A stretch of 63,047 bases of DNA, counting the filler, from Babesia bigemina (Eukaryota): assembly GCF_000981445.1 (NCBI RefSeq). It is 6 parts of 6 records of this genome, joined end to end, with 100 filler letters (N's around TTAATTAATTAA, not from the genome) between each part and the next. Parts side by side here need not be neighbours in the genome. Positions count along the whole stretch, not along the records: positions 33,683 to 59,559 come from NW_012237202.1; positions 59,660 to 63,047 come from NW_012237205.1; 4 more parts are not named here. One strand, given 5' to 3'. How positions within the stretch are numbered: position 1 is the first letter of the stretch; every line of letters begins with the position of its first letter. Positions 51,905 through 61,452 of this stretch are shown in pieces. The notes beneath the pieces were generated by a model, which was not told the origin of the DNA, did no database searches, and worked only from the letters and a program-made list of their open reading frames with translations. A program made the position numbers and the translations under genes.

Positions 51905-54900
51905 ATGACCTCTATAAACCATCACAATAACTTGTACCTTGTCACCCTTCCCTTCCCTTCTTCCAAGTCCCAGGCTCTTAAGTCTGTTGAAGAGAAGATT
52001 GTCCAGCTTGGTGAATTGGCTGGTAAGCTTGGAGGATTTGTTGGTGAGAGTGAGAGTGTTAAGAAAGCCGTTGTGAAGGCTATTATCGCCCAAATTAACA
52101 GTAATGAAGAGCTTAAAAATCTTTACTCTTCTCATGTTACTACCCTTTCTGAGTCTGTCAACTCTGTTGGCAAGGCTGATGACACCGATGAAATTAGTGA
52201 GCTTAAGCAGAAAGTTGCTGATCAAATTAAGCTTCTTAAAGAACGTGAATTGCAACTTCAAAATCAATTAAAAGATCCTTCTTCTTCCCCCTCTCCCTCT
52301 GCTGACTCAGCCGAATTGCACTCCAAGTTGGAGGCTTTGAGGAAAGTGGAGAAGCTTTGTGAATTTTATGAGAAACTTAAAACTATGCCAAATGAGCCAA
52401 AAAAGCTCTTAGAGAATCTTTGTGACGGCCTTCAGACTTTCCTCGGCTTCGACTCTGCTTCCAAAGGCTACGATGGCAGTGGTATTGTGTACTCTGACCT
52501 AGATAGGCTGTGTGACGGGGTGATGGGATTTTTGAGTGGTGTGCTTGGTGCGGTGAAAGATGATGATGCGGTTAAAACGTATGATAAAGATACCACAAAA
52601 AACATTAATACAGTTATTAAGACTTTGAATGATAATATTGGCTCCGGGCGTGCTGGGCTTGTGGAGTCTGTCGCGGAGGTGAAGGGGTGGTTGGAGGGGT
52701 ATGAATTAGAATACAGCAAAAAAGCAAGCAACGTCACAGAGTTTTTAGGTGAGTTGAAAAGCAACATAGCAGGTAAATATACATCTCAAATTCGTGCAGG
52801 TGAGAAATTGACTAGACAGCTGGAGGAGTGGAGGCGCATCGTGGAGAACATCCAGAGTGACATAAAAACTATTGAAACTAATTATGTAATTTATTTAGAC
52901 GATGAATTGAGATGTAAAATACGTAGTGAAATAATATTAGTTAAAAAATCCGTAGAGGTTTTACGTGATTCAGCTTGCAACATTAGTGTCAACGAACAGG
53001 CCAAGCACGTAGATACGCATTTAGATGAGCAAAAACGAAATCTGGAAAAAGCAGTCACAGATGGGAGTGAAAACGTTAAACGCACTTTACAAATAAATTT
53101 TACAAAAATACTCGACGCAATGTATGACTTACGTGAACAAAGAAAACACCACTTTGAAAAGTGCTATGAGAGGTTAAGGGAGGCGAATAAACACTTGAAA
53201 AGTCGTTTAGACAAATATAGCGGCACTACTCGAGATGAGATATTTAGGTTATTTGATGAGATAATAAAAGAAGTAAAGAAGATTTACGGTGATATGAACT
53301 ACAAAAAAGGGGAACTGGAAATGTTAGTCGAGGGGGCTGAGAAGACGCTGTCTGAATTATCTAAGAATTTTGAGAAAGATGTGAAAGCGGGTGTGAAGCA
53401 GGATTTGACGGCATTGAATGGTAACGTAAATGCACTAAAAAATGGTATGAGATCAATTTCCAACGGTCATGAGATTGTAGGAAAGGCGTTGACTCAGCTT
53501 AGTGCGTCTAAGCAACAGCTGCTGAGAACGACAGATCCAATTACGCAGAATTCAGAAGCACTGGTAGGTAAGTATAATGAAGACTTGAAGAAAAAATTCT
53601 ACACCTTTGCGGAGGCACTAAAGGCGGCGAAATTGGATACTTTTCAAACAGAATTGCAGGCTGAATCCCGAAAACTTCGTAATTATTTTGAAAATCTGAT
53701 GAAGATAAGTACTATACAAAAAGTGTCAACATCGGGCAGAAGTGAGGTCAAGGATCTTGTAGAGGAACTAAATGGTGCCATCGGTACCATTAATCAGAGG
53801 TATGACTCTCTTTCGACAGCATCATTAGTAGTTACTACAAATGCATTCGCCTCTGCTGTTAACACTGCAGCAGGGGCCATCAATAGACTCGGCACAATAA
53901 TAAAACAGGAGTTCACTCAGGCGAAGCAAACGATCGATGACACCAAAGACAACAAAGAGTTGTTAACAGCTGTCGACGAACTCAAAAATCTTCAGTTGCT
54001 GCAAAACTCTATATACGGCGAGAGAGGAACAGCCGATGCACCTAAAACAGGATCGCTCGCCAAACTGATCGAGGAGTTGAGTACTGCAATCGGCACTACT
54101 TCAGGTGACGATGGCGGCAAACTTAACAAAGCGATTGGCGCATTTGAGACGTCTGCTAAACAACAAATCATTGATGCTGCGACCAGCGCAATAGAAAAGG
54201 CTGCAGCTCAAGTGACTGCAGAAATGCAGAAATTTAGGGAAGAAGACGGTGGCGTATTTAGTAAGACTGAGTTGGGCAAAAAAGTTGCAGTTTTAAAAAC
54301 ACATATCAAAACACTCGAGGGATTCATAAAGGAGAAAACACAAGGTACGCTTCACTTAAAGCTGAATGAAATTCAAAAAGATCTTGATATGCTCGATAAG
54401 CTAAAAATAGAAGACACAAACGAAGAACATGATGGTGGAATTAACAAAATGAAAAAAGCAGCAGATAAGAAAATGCAAGAGTTGTATAATGAGATATTTG
54501 ATAAAGTAAATGCTGTTTTTAACACGCTAAATGACGCCGATAGAAATCTAACACATACCATCGATATTGTCAGTGAAGGAGTTCACAGTGCGTATGCGGC
54601 GTCAACTAAATCTGTAGAAAATATAAAGGAATACTTGCTTAGTGTCACAAGTCAAGCTTTCGACACCGTAACGTCTGCCGTCCGAATATTGTTCTCCGAA
54701 CAACACGTCGCCGACCTTGGAGGTCTTAAGACGTTGGTGGATGGTCAATTAAGAAAAATGGAACAAATAATTCAGAAAGATAGAAGAACAGCAATTAAAG
54801 GCCTGTTGCAAAATCTAAATGGCCGCACGTATATTGTTAAAGCAGGTAAATATCCGAGGTTTGAGATGCCTTCCGGTACGTCTATGCTGGATGCAATCAT

Positions 54901-57571
54901 ACAGGTCGCGCAGTCCTCGACGTCGACGCTAAATGGCGAAGCATATCTTCAGCAATTCCGACAATTATCGGAGAAATTCCACGCCTACTATAATAACGTT
55001 GACATTTATGTCGACAACCAAGTTAAAGATCCAACCTCCCCCCCGCCCACCGACCAAACCACCGACCCAGCCACCCAGCTAACCAAAATCAAAACTGACT
55101 TCGACAATTTACTTGGACATCTTAAAAGTAATGGTGATCGTAATAGAATATATAATTATGATAAAAAGTTCGTTGACCTACATTCTTCCCTCTCCACCTC
55201 CCTCCACCTCCTATCCCCCTCCGCCTTCGCCAACCCCCGGCACCCGGAGCTGCTCGATGCGGTCAGACAGGGGCTGCAGGGGTTTGTCGAGCAGATGGAG
55301 CGGGTGTATGTGAACGGGTATGATGGAGGGGAAGGGATTACATGGATGAAAAGTGATAATAAAACGTTAACCGACGATGCTGAAAAATGTGCCAAAATTT
55401 TTCTCACTTGTCTGCCGGGTCTGAACAAGCATCTCAACCACCTCCGGATGCATTGTGACAGGGATCCCAAAACAGGTCCTTGGAATAAATTACAGATCAA
55501 TAGAGCGAACACTAATAACATGATAGGCCTTTGGTTTGACTGCCGTGGTTACAGGGTTTCTTCGGAACAATCGAAGCAGGATGGAGAGTTGCGGAACAAA
55601 TCGGAGTGCAACGGTAATCATATTCACGGTTTCCTCGTTAACAAAAATGACAAAAATTATCTTTTCGAACACGATGAAGCCGATAAAGATAGTCGTCCAC
55701 TCAGAAAGCTTCTCGGCTACCTCAACACCTATTACCAGGTCACCCACCTGCAGCACATCTCGTCACCTAAGGCCCCGCGCAACGTGTATCAGATGCTCCA
55801 GTGGCTGAGTGGGCTGCAGTATAATGGTGTGTATGGTAAAATTCGAAACTATTTTGGCGATTTGTTTACTGAGCTGCAAAGTGATTACAAGTTAGCGAAA
55901 GCAGAGTTAGCCGTTACCAGGCCGCACGACCTGAGAGGTGTAGTAACAGACAATATAGTGCGATCAAGTTGCCTATCTACTGCACTTAGCAATGTTTGCA
56001 AATATGCCGAAGTTGTATTAATCGCCATTCTCGGCCACGGTCATGGCCATCCGCATAGCCGATACGCCGTTGACTTCAACACCAACGCGGATAATCTAGG
56101 CTATCCTAGTAGCGCCGCTTCATGCTTTGATATGCTGGTAGATATATCGTATCGAGTGTATCACCAACTGTGTTTCCTGCACAGACAGTGTGAAAATCAC
56201 GATGACAGCGGCGGCTGGCGATCATGTCATTACGGCAAGGGCGTCGATGGGTCATCATGGAACTGCAATACCACCAAATGTCCTAACCAAATATGTGACC
56301 AAAGAGCTAACCAAATTGCCCAGCAAAAGGCTGACCAAAAAGCTGACCAAACGTGTGACCAACACCCTAAGTGCGGTTTGAAATCGCCACTTCAGTCATT
56401 TTTGGAAGATGGTCTCCCCGGCTTCTTACCGCATCAGTTTACTAGTCCCGGTTGTAAGTTAACGTGCACTGTGGCCAATCATGGAGGCATCCCGTGCAAA
56501 ACTCCAATGGGCTTTACTGATCTAGCCACCATGGCGTCACGTTCGCAGACAGGCGAGGAACTCAAGAAGGCGCTGGAAGAATTCAGCGCCGAAATCCATG
56601 ATCCGCTTACCATTTTCTGCACCTTCCTAACATGTGTTCTCCGCAGGTCTCCGCAAACGCTGGGAGATATGTTTGCGTTCTTCTACGGTTATCTTCATCA
56701 TTTTGCCGAAAGTGAGCACAAGAAGAAAGCCTTTGATGCCGCCGTAAAGGATGCCATCTTTGGTCAGGAATACAATGATCTCAACCCATCAAAGATGTTT
56801 GGCACTAGTCGTCATGGTCAAGGTACGGAGCATTCCAGAGGTGACGTGTTCAGCATCGTCGAATGTTTTGCTGGCGACGAAGAAATATGTGGGTTCTACC
56901 TCCAGTCACTGAGCTTTAATATTTATAATATATTTTCGGAATGCCATAAGAACCACTATCTGTCATGGATTGTCTATCTCACAGAGACATTCTACAATCT
57001 TCTCTGCAAATTGCGTGACGACTGCCGCAATAATTGCAACAAGCCAGGAACCAGGTGTCAGGGTAAGATATGCGCTAAGAACTGTCAAGTACAATCTAGA
57101 TATAAAATCAAAAAGGAAGTGTGGGCGTGGACTATTAGTCACGAAAAGGATTGCCAATCCATCGCTCAGTGTCCGCTAACTCTACCCACATTAAATAGAT
57201 ATGGATTTGCATTTTGGAGTGCATATAGTCTTAGCAACAACAAGCATCAGAAAAGAACATGTGAAGACTTTTGCAAAGCATTGAATAATGTGCTGAGCGA
57301 CAAAGAATCGAAACACGCCCCTCTTGCCGAATTGGTATTCAGGACCATCCCCGAATTCCTTTTCAAAATCCGCGAACCCTTCATCTGGCTCAACGTCGCG
57401 CTCTGGCTCCTCTCCCTCCTCTATCTCCTCCACATCATGGTCATCCGCCTAGACCTCCTCCACATCAAATCGCATTTGCACTCACCATCATCACATCGCA
57501 TCGCTGCTCAGTCACTACTTGCTGCTGCTCGCGTTAACAAGCTTAACAGGGTGTTTTATCTGCAACCATAA
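51905..57571 (+). CDS. ves1: ves1/VESA1-like protein, 1888 aa (class I tail)
   Basis: MTSINH leader, LGELAGKLGGFVGES, SDLDRLCD, FLEDGLPGFLPH, TM, ARVNKLNRVFYLQP. Confidence 0.88.
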   Translation: MTSINHHNNLYLVTLPFPSSKSQALKSVEEKIVQLGELAGKLGGFVGESESVKKAVVKAIIAQINSNEELKNLYSSHVTTLSESVNSVGKADDTDEISELKQKVADQIKLLKERELQLQNQLKDPSSSPSPSADSAELHSKLEALRKVEKLCEFYEKLKTMPNEPKKLLENLCDGLQTFLGFDSASKGYDGSGIVYSDLDRLCDGVMGFLSGVLGAVKDDDAVKTYDKDTTKNINTVIKTLNDNIGSGRAGLVESVAEVKGWLEGYELEYSKKASNVTEFLGELKSNIAGKYTSQIRAGEKLTRQLEEWRRIVENIQSDIKTIETNYVIYLDDELRCKIRSEIILVKKSVEVLRDSACNISVNEQAKHVDTHLDEQKRNLEKAVTDGSENVKRTLQINFTKILDAMYDLREQRKHHFEKCYERLREANKHLKSRLDKYSGTTRDEIFRLFDEIIKEVKKIYGDMNYKKGELEMLVEGAEKTLSELSKNFEKDVKAGVKQDLTALNGNVNALKNGMRSISNGHEIVGKALTQLSASKQQLLRTTDPITQNSEALVGKYNEDLKKKFYTFAEALKAAKLDTFQTELQAESRKLRNYFENLMKISTIQKVSTSGRSEVKDLVEELNGAIGTINQRYDSLSTASLVVTTNAFASAVNTAAGAINRLGTIIKQEFTQAKQTIDDTKDNKELLTAVDELKNLQLLQNSIYGERGTADAPKTGSLAKLIEELSTAIGTTSGDDGGKLNKAIGAFETSAKQQIIDAATSAIEKAAAQVTAEMQKFREEDGGVFSKTELGKKVAVLKTHIKTLEGFIKEKTQGTLHLKLNEIQKDLDMLDKLKIEDTNEEHDGGINKMKKAADKKMQELYNEIFDKVNAVFNTLNDADRNLTHTIDIVSEGVHSAYAASTKSVENIKEYLLSVTSQAFDTVTSAVRILFSEQHVADLGGLKTLVDGQLRKMEQIIQKDRRTAIKGLLQNLNGRTYIVKAGKYPRFEMPSGTSMLDAIIQVAQSSTSTLNGEAYLQQFRQLSEKFHAYYNNVDIYVDNQVKDPTSPPPTDQTTDPATQLTKIKTDFDNLLGHLKSNGDRNRIYNYDKKFVDLHSSLSTSLHLLSPSAFANPRHPELLDAVRQGLQGFVEQMERVYVNGYDGGEGITWMKSDNKTLTDDAEKCAKIFLTCLPGLNKHLNHLRMHCDRDPKTGPWNKLQINRANTNNMIGLWFDCRGYRVSSEQSKQDGELRNKSECNGNHIHGFLVNKNDKNYLFEHDEADKDSRPLRKLLGYLNTYYQVTHLQHISSPKAPRNVYQMLQWLSGLQYNGVYGKIRNYFGDLFTELQSDYKLAKAELAVTRPHDLRGVVTDNIVRSSCLSTALSNVCKYAEVVLIAILGHGHGHPHSRYAVDFNTNADNLGYPSSAASCFDMLVDISYRVYHQLCFLHRQCENHDDSGGWRSCHYGKGVDGSSWNCNTTKCPNQICDQRANQIAQQKADQKADQTCDQHPKCGLKSPLQSFLEDGLPGFLPHQFTSPGCKLTCTVANHGGIPCKTPMGFTDLATMASRSQTGEELKKALEEFSAEIHDPLTIFCTFLTCVLRRSPQTLGDMFAFFYGYLHHFAESEHKKKAFDAAVKDAIFGQEYNDLNPSKMFGTSRHGQGTEHSRGDVFSIVECFAGDEEICGFYLQSLSFNIYNIFSECHKNHYLSWIVYLTETFYNLLCKLRDDCRNNCNKPGTRCQGKICAKNCQVQSRYKIKKEVWAWTISHEKDCQSIAQCPLTLPTLNRYGFAFWSAYSLSNNKHQKRTCEDFCKALNNVLSDKESKHAPLAELVFRTIPEFLFKIREPFIWLNVALWLLSLLYLLHIMVIRLDLLHIKSHLHSPSSHRIAAQSLLAAARVNKLNRVFYLQP

Positions 57572-57693
57572 TCGTACTCACGTGTTTACTAGCTACACTC
57601 ACCTAGCATATCACCTACTCACCTAACTTATGAATTGTGCTTTAATCTGTTGTATCACACATTAACCGTTGTATGTGATTGTGTAATAGTTAA

Positions 57694-58422
57694 CTAAAGT
57701 GCTGACCAAGCACCTGACCAAAGTGGTGACCAAAGTGGTGACCTAGTGAGTGACCAACGTGATGACCAACGTGTTGACCAAGTTGATGGACACGGCAGCG
57801 ATGACATGGTTACGGCAGCGATGACATGGTGACGGCAGCGATGACATGAACACGGCAGCGAAGTCTTGGTTACGGCAGCGATGACATGGTCACGGCAGCG
57901 ATGACATGGTTACAAGTGGTGATTATTATCCACTCTACATCGCCCCTTTATCCACTCCACATCGCTCCTTTATCCACTCTACATCGCCCCTAACCCGCTC
58001 CACATCGCTCCTTAACCCACTCTACATCGCCCCTTAATCCACTCTACATCGCTCCTCTATCCACTCTACATCGCTCCCTAACCCACTCTACATCGCTCCC
58101 TAACCCACTCTACATCGCTCCTTAACCCACTCTACATCGCCCCTTTATCCACTCTACATCGCTCCCTAATCCACTCTACATCGCCCCTTTATCCACTCTA
58201 CATCGCTCCCTAATCCACTCTACATCGCTCCCTAACCCACTCCACATCGCTCCCTAACCCACTCTACATCGCCCCTCTATCCACTCTACATCGCTCCTTA
58301 TCCACTCCACATCGCCCCTTTACCCACTCTACATCGCTTCTTTACCCACTCCACATCGCTCCCTAACCCACTCTACATCGCCCCTTTATCCACCCTACAT
58401 CGCCCCTTTATCCACTCCACAT
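57694..58422 (+). repeat. Composite array: 12-mer (57694-57782), 20-mer (57787-57913), 22-mer (57928-58422)
   Basis: Same units and order as the other intergenic regions. Confidence 0.93.
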
Positions 58423-58451
58423 TCCTTGAATTACTTCGCCATATTAACGCT

Positions 58452-59559
58452 ATGACCTCTATAAACCATCCTAATAACTTGTGCCTTGTCACCCTTTACT
58501 TCCCCTCTTCCACCGCTTGCCACTGCCCTGACCGTGTGCCGCCTAGGGAGCTTGGCATGAAATTTGACAAAATTTTGAACCTCAAAATTACCTTAAATAA
58601 TAACCCTACTAACATCCTTAATAACCTCTGCACCGGCCTCGAAACCTTCCTCGGCTTCAACTCTGCTTCCAAAGGCTACGACGGCTCTGGCATTGTGTAC
58701 TCCGACCTGGATAGGCTGTGTGACGGGGTGATGGGATTTTTGAGTGGTGTTCTCAGTAACATCAAAGAGCATTTAGGGCAGCATAAAGATATTATTCAGC
58801 CTGTAATTGATACACTTAACACCAATAAACACGGCGGTAAAAAAGGTTTTAATGAAGCGATTGGAAGTGTGGTCGAAGGGGTGCGGGGGTATAATAAGGC
58901 AGTGGAGCAGTCTAATACCTCCATAAAAACTCCGATAAGAAATTTGTATAGCTACTTGAAACCTGAAAAAGGTGAGTTAACTATCGGTCTTAATGCTTTG
59001 CAGGTCACCGAGCAGCCTGGACAACACGTTGTCGACCAAGCCGAGAGGCTGGTGGCGACAACCCTTCAGAAATCTAAGCAATTTGACAGCGAACTTAAAC
59101 GCGTCGAAACACATATTAATGATCTAAATGCAAATTGTAAAACACTTGTAAATCACGCACGTAAGAATGTTAGCTATGAGACTAAGCGGCTGGAGGAGCT
59201 GTCGAAAAGCGGCAAGACCAGCATGACCGACATGGAGCGGAAAATCACCGACACGTGCCAGACGCTCAAGGAGGCCATCAAATCGGGTATAACGGCAGAA
59301 GTGGAAATCCTTGTTCGTGATTTGAAGAAAAAAGTATTCGATATTTTGATGCAACTTAAGGACATTAACGAGAAATTGAAGGAGTACGTTAGGAATCTTG
59401 ATCAGTGGATGTTGAAGGCAAACGCAGTGGCGAGCGAAGCTGCGGATGAAGCTAAATTCATAAATGGGAGACGGCCCGGATTGAAGATCAGAATGCAATA
59501 AAAAGATTGTGAGGGAACTGAACGAAAGAGCGGCGTGCTTTGCAGGTATATAGATGACG
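58452..59559 (+). CDS. ves1: ves1/VESA1-like protein, N-terminal part, truncated by contig end
   Basis: MTSINH leader, SDLDRLCD; body near-identical to 25292-26117; stop at 59501 follows apparent 1-nt read-end deletions. Confidence 0.8.
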
Positions 59560-59659
59560 NNNNNNNNNNNNNNNNNNNNNNNNNNNNNNNNNNNNNNNNN
59601 NNNTTAATTAATTAANNNNNNNNNNNNNNNNNNNNNNNNNNNNNNNNNNNNNNNNNNNN
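59560..59659. other. Artificial contig spacer
   Basis: N run with TTAATTAATTAA. Confidence 0.97.
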
Positions 59660-59950
59660 GTGTCGGCTAGGTGCCCAAATGTGATATTAACGATGGCTAC
59701 ATCGCTGCATATAAATGCCATTTAACCAGGCCAACTCGGATTACGCCACCGTGCCAGTGACTCGCAACACACGACTTAGGTCACCCGCCGCGGCGCTCAC
59801 GGACGCCTACGTTAGCAACCAATCACCCAGCCTCACGTGACACTGACTCAATGGGCAACGCGGACACCTCTCACAGTCAACGCACAACTCAACTCACCAG
59901 ACAATCAACGTGCTACAACACCTACTAAATTACGGTTCATCCGCCAGCTT
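59660..59950 (-). repeat. Conserved non-coding element (copy of 31230-31513)
   Basis: Reverse-complement alignment by eye. Confidence 0.85.
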
Positions 59951-60270
59951 CGCACTTTGCCTTGATGCCAGCTTATCACTTTGCCTGGGTGCCAGCTTAA
60001 CACTTTGCCTGGCTGCCAGCTTAACACTTTGCCTGGTTGCTAGGTCAGCACGTTGCCTGGTTGCCAGCTTAGCACTTTGCCTGGCTGCCAGCTTACCACG
60101 TTGTCTGGTTGGTAGGTTAGCACTTTGCCTGTGTGCTAGGTCGCCACGTTGCCTGAGTGCTAGCTTAGCACTTTGCCTGGGTGCTAGGTCAACACTTTGC
60201 CTGGTTGCTAGCTTAGCACTTTGCCTGGTTGCTAGCTTAGTACTTTGCCTGGTTGCTAGGTTAGCACGTT
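59945..60270 (-). repeat. 21-bp minisatellite array
   Basis: Tandem TGCTAGCTTAGCACTTTGCCTGG-type units on + strand. Confidence 0.95.
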
Positions 60271-60415
60271 GGATTGTCGTTCAGTCATCACCTACTTTAG
60301 CTGCTATTTAGTTCACAGGTTGCCGCAAGAGTAATTCGAGACATTAGACTACGTTTGTCGGTTAGGTGAGTAGGTGAGTAGTTACGTGAGTTGATGTGAG
60401 TTACAAATGTGACGA

Positions 60416-61450
60416 TCACGGTTGTAGATACGATATCTTGGCAAGCCTTCCGACTTGCGCTGCAGCCAACAGTGACTGCGCCGTTATTTTGTTCGACGAC
60501 GGTATCCTCAGGTGTGACCTGATGTGGAGCACATCCAGTCTGCCAATCATGACGCAAAGGAGGTACAGGAGGGATAGTGACCAAAGTGCGAGGACCATGT
60601 AGGTGAACGGTTCTCTGATGGTCCAAATGAAGTTGTCACATTCCTCAAATAATTTGGTGAAGTATTGCGATTTTAGCAGATTACTCAGTTGTGTATTGAA
60701 ACTAAGGCAGAATTTTCTGTTAGTTCCATACAGCGTTTTTGCGTCGCCAAAAGTGAACCCGTACTGGTAGAACGTAGTCATCACTCCACGACAGCTTATC
60801 AGTGCCTTGCACTTGCAGCTGTACTCGACACCATGCTTTCCCGGCTTGCACGAACATTTCGTACAACCGGAGCCTCCACAATCCATTTGCTGGAACGCAT
60901 CGAGCAACGATTTAAGGTAACTGTAGAATGTCCACGGCAGATATACAGCCCATGACAGGTAGAGATCGGCGTGCTTTTTGGCGAGGTACGTGTACGCATC
61001 GGAAGATGTGGAGCAGAGGTAGGGAGCACAGTGAATATCTTTGTTATGAGGTAGATCACATGATTCTCTTGACAGGCTTGACAAGTCAGCCTCCGTAGAT
61101 TTGGAATGGTCCGAACTGTTGTGGCCCGTTTGGTTGCGATATGCATTCTGCAGCGCACCTGTGAGTTTGCTTGTCTCCTTGTATAGCTCGATTGAGAGCG
61201 CTTTCGTTTTCGTTTGAAAAGCTAAGCTGACATCACTAGCGGCTTTAGCGTTATCTAACATATTACTTAAGGTCAACGCAAATTGGAAGTGCTCTGGCAA
61301 CGTAGATGGCGGCTTGGGCAGCAGACCGAACAGCGTGTTAATATTAGAATTGTCGAGGAATTTGGTCAGCACGTTACATATGTCCTTACCTGTCTTCGTG
61401 CTTCCAGAGAAACCTCTGAAGCCAAGTGGTGTTATACATGGCGCACCACC
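60416..61450 (-). pseudogene. ves1: 3' remnant of a ves1/VESA1-like gene (class II tail) interrupted by a retrotransposon
   Basis: Frame reads GAPCITPLGFRGFSGSTKTG...LPEHF...AQVGRLAKISYLQP; ves homology stops at ~61447-61450 and an in-frame stop lies at 61463-61465. Confidence 0.85.
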
Positions 61451-61452
61451 AG

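Noticed and set aside
59470..59559. Frameshift and premature stop in the 58452 gene (similarly the stop at 19876)
   Set aside because: Single-base losses in homopolymers at a contig end relative to the near-identical copy; most likely read errors
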